From Octopus sinensis (lineage: Eukaryota), in NCBI RefSeq assembly GCF_006345805.1, contig NC_042999.1, forward strand, positions 105,834,001 through 105,898,000: a stretch of 64,000 bases of DNA, written 5' to 3'. Both the position numbers and the translations under genes were made by a program. Numbering within the stretch: the stretch's first letter is position 1; the number at the start of each line of letters is the position of its first letter. Under the pieces are notes generated by a model, which was not told the DNA's origin, did no database searches, and was given only the letters and a program-made list of their open reading frames with translations. This document shows, one piece after another, positions 40,708 to 53,370 of this stretch.

Positions 40708-41603
40708 CGTTTTTCTTTCAACAGTACACATTCATCTTAGGAAACTACAAGCAGGGCGGCAACAACAATCTTCTATTCAGTGTACAAAAACTCGGCATAA
40801 ACACCGCTCTAAAATTTAAAATTGCGTCAATCTAATGCTGATATATTATTTTATCGACCACATGTTGATCAAAGCCAAATGAAATTGATATGAGCGGAGC
40901 ATGGACTCACAATACAGAACACAACAATGCATTCATATGCATTTCATGAACACACTAATGATTTTGCTAAAGCACCATTTAAATATTATACAAATAGCCA
41001 TTTCCTTAACAGAGGATATTAATGGTTACAATATCTTCATTATTTGCAAAAACTTTAGTTTTCCTGAGATTGTTACTAATAAATACAAGTTCCGGCTTTG
41101 TTGACGGTAAAATATTGAAGCTCAAGAAGGGGATGCATAACTCTTTAATTTCATTTTGCTTACACAAACTACTTTGCTTATTTCATATTAATAACATAAT
41201 GAGTATTAAGGCGCATAATGTACACAAAGAAGAACTGGCTATATATAAATGCGTGCATTGATTAAATAAGGGGGAATCAACATTTCAGAAAACGGGAAAA
41301 AATAACTGATATGGAATCATCGAACATTTAGAATAACACCGAGGGAATAAATCAATCCAAATGATAACCGAATAGTTTTGCTCTTTTGTGCTCATGTTGG
41401 ATGTAATTCTTATTTCGTTTTCCTCAAACATCATTCAATGCATTATTGCAATCATTTTGTCGATTCATTTGTCTTTTAGTTCCAATGAATTAACTCCTAA
41501 ACCAGGTACATACAGAAATATTTTATTATATATAATAATTCAAAACGACTGTCCCCTTTTGTAACTGAAGTGGATGCATTATTCTTGAAATATGTACATT
41601 ATG

Positions 41604-41650
<47 letters not shown>

Positions 41651-41744
41651 GTGTGTGTGTGTCTGTGTATGTGTGTATGTATATATATATATACATGTAT
41701 ATATATGTATATACATATATGTATATATATTTATTTTATAGAAG

Positions 41745-41797
41745 GAGCTTCTACAGGACTAGAACTGTTTCATTCAAAAGAAAACACCAGGAAGCTC
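41745..41797 (-). ncRNA. Core-mutated H2 hammerhead motif (probably inactive)
   Basis: Minus-strand core reads CTGGTGT instead of CTGATGA; the rest is identical to the plus copy. Confidence 0.6.
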
Positions 41798-41799
41798 CT

Positions 41800-41852
41800 G
41801 AGCTTCCTGATGATTTCTTTTGAATGAAACAGTTCTAGTCCTGTAGAAGCTC
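41800..41852 (+). ncRNA. Type I hammerhead ribozyme motif (H2)
   Basis: GAGCTTC-CTGATGA-TTTC-TTTT-GAAT-GAAAC-AG-TTCTAGTC-CT-GTA/GAAGCTC; 7-bp helix I, 4-bp helix III; predicted cut after 41845. Confidence 0.88.
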
Positions 41853-42689
41853 CTTCTATAAAATAAATTAATTTACTCTGCTATGTATTGAGTACCTTAT
41901 TTACTGTCGTTAACCCCGACTCAACCCGGGACTTATATATATGTATATATATGTATATATCAATGGGTGTGTAATTTTTCAATGTATACAAGTCACATGG
42001 AAGAACAGATAAATAGTTATCAGGGTAGAAAAAATTCACATAGGTACCAAGGATGTAACAGCCTACTTAAAAAGGTAGAAAATACAGCGCTGAGTGAATT
42101 TTTTTTGAATAGCATTGATAAATAAATAAATGGAGTTAAACGCAAGTGTTATTCAAATCTTTATACTTCGGACACATGTTTCCAACAAATATTTGATATA
42201 ATTCCAGAAGGAATAAAATAATGTAAAACAATGCAATCTTCTCATAAGGGAAAATAGAAACCAAAGAGCATTGGCAAAAACATACCTTTAGTTCCTATAA
42301 GAAATTTCTCCCAACATACAGGACTAGAACTTTAACATGTCTATTTCCACGCCTTTAAGCTTTATTCTTATTTAACAAACTCTCTATATTTCTCCACTAT
42401 TAGTTTTCTGCTAATTTCTTTCATGCTCCCCCTCATTCTATAAATTGCATTTGACGTTATATTTATTAACGTTGTTTCGTTAAAAAAATAATTTGGCAGC
42501 ATTCTCTTCATCATAAAGGCAGTCATCACATTCTGATAAAACATCTTGTTGATGTGTTTGGTTTCTGTTTTCCCTGATGAAAAGCGTGATTTGTTTTACA
42601 TTATACTTCTGGAAAAAGTATCAATGTTTCGTTCGAAACATATGTTGGAAGTATAAAGATTTGAATAACACCTGCTTTTAACTCAATTT

Positions 42690-42714
42690 GTATATATATA
42701 TATGAATTTATATA

Positions 42715-42761
<47 letters not shown>

Positions 42762-42772
42762 TTTATATATAT

Positions 42773-42844
<72 letters not shown>

Positions 42845-42965
42845 GTATATATATATATGTATATATATAGATATAGATAGATAGATATTTCTATATTTCT
42901 ATATGTATATAGATATGTATATGTATATATGTGTATATATGTATACATATATATTTATATATTAT

Positions 42966-43041
<76 letters not shown>

Positions 43042-43146
43042 GTATATATATATATGTATATATATATATATAGATATAGATAGATATTTCTATATTTCTA
43101 TATGTATATAGATATGTATATGTATATATGTGTATATATGTATACA

Positions 43147-43227
<81 letters not shown>
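42690..43227. repeat. (TA)n-rich tract with ~199-bp internal tandem duplication
   Basis: ATAGATATTTCTATATTTCTATATGTATATAGATATG... at 42881 and 43080. Confidence 0.85.
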
Positions 43228-43229
<2 letters not shown>

Positions 43230-43392
43230 TCCCATTCTTTATTTTCTCTCCTTGTTTCTTTCCGTGTTCCTTTCTGTGGAAGAGCGTAGGTTCGAAATAT
43301 GAAAGACTTTTTCATTTCCCGAGCGTTATATTGATACATCTATTTGTTGTCTACACAACCTGTCTTCGTCTTTTTTTTTTCTTGTGAATTCT
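43228..43392 (+). repeat. Family H3 copy with minimal HHR-like motif at 43270-43305
   Basis: CTTT-CTGTGGA-A-GAGC-GTAG-GTTC-GAAAT-ATG-AAAG; directly follows (TA)n. Confidence 0.75.
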
Positions 43393-43686
43393 CTGTATAT
43401 ATACATAAGTAAGTGTGTATGTATGTATACATGCATGTATGTATATAATGAATAGAATTGGCTTTCCCCATTTTAATAATTAGATATGCATAACTTATTA
43501 GTTGTTTACAAATCGCGACTTTATTGTAGGTTTCTCAATTAAAAGAGGTTTACAAATTGATAATTTGGAGCTTGTTATTCACCGAGTAAGTAGCGTTGTG
43601 CAACTACGAATATAATCACAGACGCATACATGCGCGCACCTCACATGCACGCGCTCACATATTTACATATTCATGTATATATATAC

Positions 43687-43757
<71 letters not shown>

Positions 43758-43869
43758 TTATGTAAACATTTATATTAACATGCATACATACGTACACATA
43801 GAAACACGCGCATATATATATGAATACACGCACACCGACATGTATACATAGATACATACACACACACAC

Positions 43870-43870
43870 A

Positions 43871-43935
<65 letters not shown>

Positions 43936-43948
43936 GATAGATAGATAT

Positions 43949-44016
<68 letters not shown>
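43870..44016. repeat. (TA)n then (GATA)n microsatellite
   Basis: Direct reading. Confidence 0.95.
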
Positions 44017-44644
44017 TTATAGGAAGAAGGAGACAGATATACATGTCTGTATTGTTAATGTATATGCTTCGAACAATGATAAATCTCTTTTCATTAAAAC
44101 TATTACAGTTTTATTAAAATACTGGATCGCGTGTATTTTAATCTGCGTTTTATATAATTAATAAAAGTGAGATATAATATCAGAATAAGTTAACAAATTT
44201 ATTGATATATGTCCATTAATAATGTACTATTTGTTCATATATAATTAAAATCTCTTTCCTGTCTCTAGGACTGTTTACATATTAGAAAAGAAGCAGGCTC
44301 ATATATCAAAAATGTACGTGAGCAAATTTCTTAACTCTATGTGAAAATTGCCTATCTATCTTCCTATAATCAATTTATAGGAAGGTGCAAAATATTCATC
44401 ACTGTTTTTCACTATGCTGTGGGCTGCAGCTAGAGGACAGGTACATTTTCTCAGAATAGCAAATTAGCAAACTACTAAACAGCCTGTTGAGAGACTGCCT
44501 CCCCTACTCTCAGTTCATCACGCTTACAGAAACAATGTGACTACATCAGTATTCAAACCAAACGCGAGTTTTTACAATTAAACTATGTTTCATCCTTTCG
44601 ATAACACTATGTGTATTACGGAAATGAGAGGATTTGTGTTTCTG

Positions 44645-44675
<31 letters not shown>

Positions 44676-44679
44676 TATA

Positions 44680-44748
<69 letters not shown>

Positions 44749-44799
44749 ATATATATATATACATACATACATAAATTTATATATATATATGTATATACT

Positions 44800-44830
<31 letters not shown>

Positions 44831-44844
44831 GTATATATATATAC

Positions 44845-44893
<49 letters not shown>

Positions 44894-44976
44894 GGTCCCG
44901 GGTTGATTCGGGGTTAACCACAGTAAATAAGGTACTCAATACATAGCAGAGTAAAATTAATTTATTATATAGAAGG

Positions 44977-45027
44977 AGCTTCTACAGGACTAGAACTGTT
45001 TCATTCAAGAGAAATCTTCAGGAAGCT
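44977..45027 (-). ncRNA. Type I hammerhead ribozyme motif (H2), minus strand
   Basis: AGCTTC-CTGAAGA-TTTC-TCTT-GAAT-GAAAC-AG-TTCTAGTC-CT-GTA/GAAGCT. Confidence 0.85.
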
Positions 45028-45353
45028 AGTTAACAAGAATTGTATTGGCATTTATACATTTAGGCAGGTTTAAAGGGGTGTTGGTGGGGGACTTTTTTGG
45101 GGGTCGGCATAGCGCAAAATATCATACTTGGGGGAGTGGTCAAGGAGTCAGTGTTAAATTAGATAGAAGAATAAATAAAAAAATAAAAAAATAAAAAAAT
45201 AAAAAAATATTCTTCTAACTAATTTAACACTGACTCCTTGACCACTCCCCCAAGTATGATATTTTGCGCTATGCCGACCCCCCAAAAAGTCCCCCACCAA
45301 CACCCCGTTAAACCTGCCTAAATGTATAAATGCCAATACAATTCTTGTTAACT

Positions 45354-45404
45354 AGCTTCCTGAAGATTTCTCTTGAATGAAACAGTTCTAGTCCTGTAGA
45401 AGCT
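45354..45404 (+). ncRNA. Type I hammerhead ribozyme motif (H2), plus strand
   Basis: Core CTGAAGA 45360-66, GAAAC 45379-83, GTA 45396-98, helix I AGCTTC/GAAGCT. Confidence 0.85.
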
Positions 45405-45442
45405 CCTTCTATATAATAAATAAATATATATTATATATATAT

Positions 45443-45475
<33 letters not shown>

Positions 45476-45477
45476 GT

Positions 45478-45667
45478 GTGTGTGATTGTGTCTGTGTTTG
45501 TCCCCCAACATCGCTTGACAATCGTGGCTGGTGTACTTACGTCCCCGTAACTTAGCGGTTCGGCCTAAGCGACCGATAGAATAAGTACTAGACTTACACA
45601 CAATATGATCTGGGGTCGATTTGGTCGATTAAAGGCGGTGCTCCAGCATGGCTACAATCAAATGACT
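45478..45667 (+). mobile_element. SINE body/3' part (family S3)
   Basis: GTCCCCGTAACTTAGCGGTTCGG...GATAGAATAAGTAC...GGCGGTGCTCCAGCATGGC..AATCAAATGACT; reverse homologue at 47878-48085. Confidence 0.7.
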
Positions 45668-46547
45668 TTTTCTTGCTTGCTGCAACTGCTTGACTTGACT
45701 GCTTAAATGATATAATTCATGTTTTTATTTCACTGATTAAAGCAATATATCTTAAAGCCTGTAAAAGAAAGAATAGTGCATTCATGGATTACCTCAACAA
45801 CAAATAACACTACTTGAAATGGGAAACAACTTTTACTACTGTATATATTTGGCCAGAAAGTAACTTCAATCATAAACTTCTCTAAATTTAATAAAATAGT
45901 GTGAAGCACTAACTAATGCCGAATGTAATGTGAGTTTGACTAAGGCAAAACAAGTGTGATGCATTTGAAAATAGAAATATTAGTTGTAGTGGAGGTTTTT
46001 GAAAGTTTAAAAAAAATAAACTGCTAGTTATTATTTTATCATCATTTCTCATAGCAAGCCACCCTGGCCATGTTCAATTTTAGAAATAAATTGAAATGCC
46101 ATTACCGTAATATACATACGTATATGTATAAATATATCTGTATATATGCATGTACACATGCATACATATATACGTGTGTGTATGTATATATATATGTGTG
46201 TGCGTGTTTGCGCGCGCGCGCGTGTGTGCGTGTGTGTATGTATTTATGTACGTATAATTAAATAAATTCCACAGATATAAAGATAGATCTGATTCTTTCT
46301 GAAATGAAACTGGTAGACCAGACGACTGAATATAGTTTTAGAGGCACTGATTGTGAATTTTGCATGTTTATATAAGTAAAATTTTCAGTGAGTCCTCCAG
46401 AGGTCGTTCTCAAAATCGTTCTCAAAATCTAGCCTTTATTCTATACCTAGAATTCATACTTGAAGTAATAGAAAATATTGTGCATTCGGATACTGTTTTA
46501 AATAAAACATCAAGTTCAAGAGTTAGACAAAGTTTTCTTATGGCAGT

Positions 46548-47055
46548 TTAATTCTTTGAAAAACGCCCATATAAAGTCTTGTTAATTGAGTACAACTGCC
46601 AGGAGACATTAAGGATAGTACGTGAAAAACGGGTATAGTTAGCATCTAACGTCCTTGTCAGGATCCATAACTCTGTACCATAAAGAAGGATTGATTCCAC
46701 ATTGCCTTTGAAAAACTTAATTTTGATGTATCGATTGATTAGGGTAGAGTAAACATTATGTATAGAGTGATTAGCGTCCATGCTTGACCGATTCGAGTAG
46801 AGACATCAAAAGATGTATTGGAGTAGCGCGCAAGAACATGATCTCAACCTTTTCAGTTTACTTTCCATCAAGTAAATACAACGGAAGAGTGATGGATGGA
46901 GTTCGCTGTATGTAATTCGTTTTCGATACGTCGAAGAACAAATCAAGTTTCTGGGTTGTTCTTACAAAATGGGGGCGCAAATCCTTGGCTACTAACAAAT
47001 TATCTTCAAGAGGGCTGGTATCATCTGCAAAAGCAAACACTTTGGAGTTACACAT
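46548..47055 (-). mobile_element. Decayed RTE-clade LINE, reverse transcriptase C-terminal fragment
   Basis: FAFADDT...KLDLFFDVSKTNY (FADD motif), then KIKFFKGNVESILLYGTELWILTRTLDANYTRFSRTILNVSW..INKTLYG. Confidence 0.85.
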
Positions 47056-47065
47056 ACATACACAC

Positions 47066-47101
47066 AGATAGATAGATTGATCGATTGATAGATAGACAGA
47101 C

Positions 47102-47175
<74 letters not shown>

Positions 47176-47176
47176 G

Positions 47177-47244
<68 letters not shown>

Positions 47245-47260
47245 CAGATAGATAGATACA
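47066..47260. repeat. (GATA)n microsatellite
   Basis: Direct reading. Confidence 0.95.
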
Positions 47261-47877
47261 GGAATAGATACAGGTATGCGATACTTAATGCGTTAAATAT
47301 GCTGAAAGCCGGTGGTTAAAATTAGATGTGTCTACTAACTCTCTCATGTTAAACGACATGTGTGCTTGAAAATATATTCCTGTGAATGGGTTAATGTGGT
47401 ATAACTCTAATAATTACTATGAGTCATTTTTCGCTTTAATTTCTTGTTCATGTATAATATTGACCTAAAGTTTGTTGTCCTTCGAAACACTCCCAGGAAG
47501 TATTGCGCCTGGTGTGATCATCAAGCTGATCGGAATATTACTTATTGATAACAACGTAATCGTCCATGGAATCAAACGTCACACCTGCAAAGATATCTGA
47601 ACCAGTACTTACACTTATCTGTCAGAAGAACTGCCGTATTCTTAATTTTACAAACATTAGATTAGTGATGAATCACGCTGTACGCACGAACACACCTCTA
47701 TAAAGGCTTTTACTTACGTTACATATGTTTGTGTTTAGGCTTATATGCATATACACTTAGATATAGTTTTTATATATATATATTCGTTCGTGCGTGCCTT
47801 TGTGTGCCTATGTGAGTGTACATGTGTGTGTGTGTGAGTGTGTATTCGTGCATTATACATGTAAGCATATATCTTAT

Positions 47878-48085
47878 ACCTGTTTCATTCATTGAACTAC
47901 AGCCATACTGAAGACCGCATTGAAGTATTTTTACTCGAATGAATCACCCAGGTGCTTATGCTTATGCTTCTTTTACGCCTAGTGTTTATCGGACATATTT
48001 GTCAAACTCTTAAATCACGTGAACGTAAACACATCAGCACTGGATGTCAAGCGGTGATAAAGGTGGGTACAGACACAGACACAGA
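47878..48085 (-). mobile_element. Degenerate SINE S3
   Basis: TGTTTCATTCATTGAACTACAGCCATACTGAAGACCGC...GGATGTCAAGCGGTG...ACAGACACAG resembles the reverse complement of 45478-45667. Confidence 0.6.
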
Positions 48086-48105
48086 ACATACACATACAGA
48101 AACTT

Positions 48106-48135
<30 letters not shown>

Positions 48136-48145
<10 letters not shown>

Positions 48146-48381
48146 TATTTGAGACAAAACCACTATTTTGCAAAACAAACAAGGAAAGACTTAATCAATA
48201 CATAAAATTTAATAAATAGTCAAATATTAAATTTTATGTATTGATTAAGTCTTTCCTTGTTTGTTTTGCAAAATAGTGGTTTTGTCTCAAATAATATTTT
48301 ATAATATTTTACTATAAAATTGGATTTAATCCTAAATCTGATTTTTTTTCCCTGTAAATTTGGATATTCCCTAATATTTAT

Positions 48382-48385
<4 letters not shown>
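48136..48385. repeat. Fold-back insertion in (TA)n without a recognisable HHR
   Basis: 79-bp arms 48136-48214 / 48225-48303 with a 10-nt loop, ~80-bp unpaired tail, (TA)n on both sides. Confidence 0.85.
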
Positions 48386-48423
<38 letters not shown>

Positions 48424-48450
48424 TTGTATGTATGTATGTATATATATATA

Positions 48451-48488
<38 letters not shown>

Positions 48489-48540
48489 TATATATATGTA
48501 TATATATATATGTATGTATATATGTATGTATATATATATG

Positions 48541-48573
<33 letters not shown>

Positions 48574-50566
48574 TGCTGAGACAATATCTGTATATCTCCT
48601 GAGGAAACACAACTAGATCTTGTAACGCAGAGAAACGGTTGTATAACCAAGTACCCGCAAGCCTGGTGAGCACCGTTGCATAGAAACACTTGTAGTGATT
48701 GAAAATAAATGTCTATTCGTACACCTTCTTGTTGACTCCAGCTTTGTCAATTATCTATTCACACACAACAGAATCACAAACACAAATCTAAAATTATGTA
48801 TCATGCTACTACTGAATAGCAAACTACGAAATCTGAAGGTGGACGAGTTTTATATTGTACTCTACTAAGTTCTGAACAGAATATAACATAACTATATATA
48901 TCTATGTATGTATATATGATATATGTTTATATAATATATAAACATTCGCACACATATACATACACCCATGTACATATACATATATACTTTATATTATATA
49001 TAGATATTGAATAAACATAGGTAACAAATATGAAGATAGACCATATGAAAAAGAGGACACATTTTGTAGCAAATCTTTCAAGCTTTTATGTGTGAAAACC
49101 TTATCTACAAAGTATGCGATCGCTTGGAAAGTTCTTTAGATAGGAGAAACCCTCAAATCCACACATGCATTCATACATACATATATGTATATATATATAC
49201 ATATATACACATATATATATACGTACAGATATATATATGTATATATGTGTGTGTGTGTACATATACACACCCACATATATATTTGGTGTACGATTGTACG
49301 AACACATATACATATGAATCTATGTATATATCTATATATATATATATGAGTGTGTGTGTGCGTATACAAATGCGTATGTTCATGGCTCTACTCACATATC
49401 TTGCTTATATTATTTTATTTTCTTTACTCTGCATAAGTTAATCAGCTTGTCTTTTACATATTCACTATTTTTATCATACTTTTCAAAGTGTTTCCCGCGT
49501 CTATCTGCCATTCACTTTTATAAGTGCATGCATTTACATACACATGCATGGTGTCTAAATATATATATATGTTAGTAGCCGATATAAATATAACATCTTG
49601 TACTTCCCTAAATATATCGATCCATACACAGGTTTATACAAGGACACACTCTTACACATACATACACTCAAGCACACACATACATACACTGTTTTATTCT
49701 TGTCCTTCTCTCACACACAGAGAAAGGTACAGCTACACGTTCTTCTTCAAACTGAAACTAATATTCGTCCAGGAATTTATCTGAAAGCTTTCCCTGATAT
49801 TTCCCCAGGCAAAAGTTATAAATATAATTTTGTACAGTCACAGGTTTCCATTAATGTAATTCACCAGTTCTGTAATGATTTTCACCTCCTTGCTTAAAGT
49901 GACATGTTTGCTATAAACAGACATATGCTGATCAGGTATACTTTTAAAAATTATACGTTGTTTCAAGTCATACTGTGGACATATGTCTCCCTTCTAACTC
50001 CATTTATTCACATCTACAATACTGTATCACATACAGGTCAATCAGTAGCACGGTAAAGAGTAAATCTACTAGTAAAAGCAATAGATTTAATCTCACTTTA
50101 CTCTCTGATGAAAATCTTACTGAGAATACTATATTTTAGGAATGAGTGCTTATAAAAAAAAAAGAAAAACACGAATTGGGATGTTAATGGTGTTCATTTT
50201 CATTGGTTGATATTTACATTCCCTCCGCTGTTGCTCTGGTGTTAATGACTGGATGTCATAAAGCTTAACATTTATGAAACTTACTTTTTCAATGCAGTAA
50301 CGAAATTTTCATGATTGATATTACTATTTCGTAGATCCAGCGATTGACTATTAATGTATTGTACTGTAATAAATGGCTTTGATGCCAGGTGGAATATATC
50401 TAAAAAAAAATACATGTTAGTGTTTCATGCCTCTCATAACGTCGCGTCGCAGAGCTTCAGTAATAATCAGCAATAACTGTGCTACGGGTCTACAAAGTAT
50501 TTATTATTGCATTGTTAATATACGTCATGAGCAGAAATATTCAACTCAATGTTCATTTACTGCAGA

Positions 50567-50621
<55 letters not shown>

Positions 50622-50627
50622 GTAAAA

Positions 50628-50680
<53 letters not shown>

Positions 50681-50694
50681 TAATAATAATGATG

Positions 50695-50768
<74 letters not shown>
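50567..50768. repeat. (AAT)n microsatellite
   Basis: Direct reading. Confidence 0.95.
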
Positions 50769-50769
<1 letters not shown>

Positions 50770-50770
<1 letters not shown>

Positions 50771-53236
50771 CTTCGAAAACAAATAAAGGTAAATTTTTAT
50801 CTATGAGCTTGAGGCGTTCGGGTTAAGAAAACAAAAATAGCATACAACCAGAAACGGTGGTCTGCTAAAAAGTTAACTTTGAAGAGGCAGACACCTCACC
50901 TAATGCCACTGCCCAAGTGAAAAACAAAACCAAAAGAGAATGGTGACGGATGACGACTACATCGAAGCGCTATATGCATTCTACACTGCAAAACTATACC
51001 AGGGAACCACAGGGATAACAAGAGAAGCAACCCAGATATGGAGAAGAACAAATAATGATAGAAGGGGACATGTCCGGCGATATATCCTGCGAGAGGGAAA
51101 AATGCCCCAAACCGAAATAGACAAACAAATGTATGAAATACACGCGGAACATAAAACAAAACACGTCATAACTCAAATCAATGGGTCGCAATCAGGCAAA
51201 AACAACACACCACAAATCATATCTTTGAAAACGCATGACACAACAAAAGAAAGAGGTGACCACAACACAGATAACACTGCAAACAGCAAATAAATGGTTA
51301 AACCAAAATAAAATCTCTACACAGCTACCCAACCCCGAAATAAAGAGACCTGCATAGCAAATCGACAACATACATAGACAGGCGAATACCGAAGCACAAA
51401 ATCACAACAAATTAACACATCATAACAGACCAGAGATGGAGAAGAATCTATTGAAGAAATAAGAAAAGTAGAAGAGCTAAACATCAGACAGTCGATAAAT
51501 ATGGACCAGCGTAACTTTCTCCCTGGGCTACAAAAAAAAGTAATAATCTGCTCTGAGAGAAAATAAATTGATACAACAGAGACTTACAGATAATAATGGC
51601 CATATCAAAAGATAAATTAGATATGATCACAATAAATGACAATCTACTCAACAGTTGTAGCGATATCCACGGAAACTAGACTTGACCCTGACAAAGAAAA
51701 ACTCCCCAGCCAAATCTCAAACCCCCGAATGGAAACATTTCATAATAAATCAAATTCAAAAACACAAGTAAGACTTACCACTACTTTGTGAATTAGAGAA
51801 AACAGGATCAAATATGAAAAATAAAAAAGACTCATATAACAAAACAATACAACTTAAAAAATAGAGAAGATACCTGAGAGGTAAAAGAAAAATTAAACAG
51901 AGCATAGCAGCAAAAACGTGCCGTGTAAAATTATATGAAAAACGGGAATTCAAAATAGACACAAAATGTTTTTATCGAAATTTAAACAAAAGACTATATC
52001 AACAGATGCCATGCTAATAGAATCAGCGAATCAGTCATACTGGGAAGCAATATGAAGCAAGAAAAACGAATACAACCAAAATGCTCAATGGATTAGCGGG
52101 GGAAAGTAAGGGAAGAACACAATAGAACAACAGATATGGCCAGTTATCACAGGCCAAGACATTATGAACACATTGAGTAGTACCAGCGCCTGGAAAAGTC
52201 CAGGCTAGACAAGGTCGCCAACATCACACCAGTACCCACAACCACCTTGCGGCCGCGTTCAATTTATGTTAGGTGAGGCAGAATCAACACCAAACTGGAT
52301 GCTGGAAAGGCAAACCACCATAATCTCCCGAAACGAAGACACCATACACACACAAAATGATAGACCAATAACATGCCTGTCAACATCCTAAAAACCCTCT
52401 CTGTCATCTATAACCGGCTTATAAAGCACCTGGAGAACAACAATGTCTTACCAGAAGAACAAAAAAGATGCCGGAGAGTGATGTATATCTATAAGAATGT
52501 ATATCTATAAACCGAGCCATTATAGTGGGCTGTAAGAGGAGAAACACAAATCTGAACATGACTTGGATAGATTATCAGAAAGCATTCGATACTGTTTCTC
52601 ATTCATGGATACTGGAATCTCTCCACGCAAATAAGGTAGCTCCACTACTACTAAAGTGTATTAAACATGCAATGGTAAACTGAAAAAAACAGTATAACAT
52701 TAAAAAATGCCGCACATGTTATTAAAGCCTATACTACACCCATAAGAAGGGATTTTCCACGGAGACTCTCTGTCACCCCTGCTTTTCTGCTTTTCTCGGA
52801 CTCCGCTAACAAAATTTTTAAACGAAACCACCATGGGTCATAGGGGCTACAGACAAAATAGTCATCTCCTGTATATGGCTGATACAAAACTTTACGCCGA
52901 AAGCACCATGGAACACAGAAACCTTATCAAAATTGTTCAGCAATGACATTGGAATGAGCATGCGGCTGGACAGTTTGCCGGAGACACACTTATGAGAGGT
53001 AAATTATTCTGCATTGAAAACACAAAAATTAGTGAATTAGACCACAATCGCCCATACAAATATCTAGGAATAGAAGAAATAGCTAATATACAACTAATAT
53101 ACAGACATCAAAGAGAAAATTGGGAGAGAATATTTACAGAAGACTTAGACTGATATTAAACACTGATCTTTATGCTAAAATTAAAATAATAGGGATAAAC
53201 ACGCTAGCCATACCTGTTATAAATGACAACTTTAAC
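50770..53236 (+). mobile_element. Heavily decayed, 3'-truncated R4/Dong-like LINE
   Basis: N-terminal DYIEALYAFYTAKLY...HVRRYILRE matches ORF 54440. RT remnants WKSP, PEEQKRCRR, MTWIDYQKAFDTVSHSWI, GDSLSPLLFC, SHLLYMADTKLYA, YKYLGI. YRRLRLILNTDLYAKIKIIGINTLAIPVI then (AAT)n. Confidence 0.9.
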
Positions 53237-53297
53237 ATTAATAATAATAATAATAATAACAACAACAATGATAATAATAATAATGATAATAATAATG

Positions 53298-53342
<45 letters not shown>

Positions 53343-53370
53343 TAATAATAATAATAATAAATAATAATAA

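Larger units (their letters stand above)
41729..41934 (+). mobile_element. Fold-back element family H2, short copy
   Basis: 69-bp arms 41729-41797 / 41800-41868 with a 2-nt loop. 3' tail to ...AACCCGGGACT then (TA)n. Tail matches the reverse complement of 44894-44960. Confidence 0.85.
44891..45421 (-). mobile_element. Fold-back element family H2, long copy
   Basis: 214-bp arms 44960-45173 / 45208-45421 (~3 mismatches) with an A-rich loop. Unpaired tail 44891-44959. (TA)n on both sides. Confidence 0.85.

Noticed and set aside
42690-43227. 199-bp duplication within the TA tract as a functional element
   Set aside because: Low complexity; slippage or assembly error is sufficient.
47460-47630. 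Possible minus-strand exon (ISVSTGSDIFAGVTFDSMDDYVVINK)
   Set aside because: In-frame stop, no convincing donor and no recognised homology.
48594-48650. CTGAGGA...GAAAC-GGTT-GTA hammerhead-like motif
   Set aside because: Core words are present, but helix I has no complementarity and helix II does not close; at best a decayed relic.
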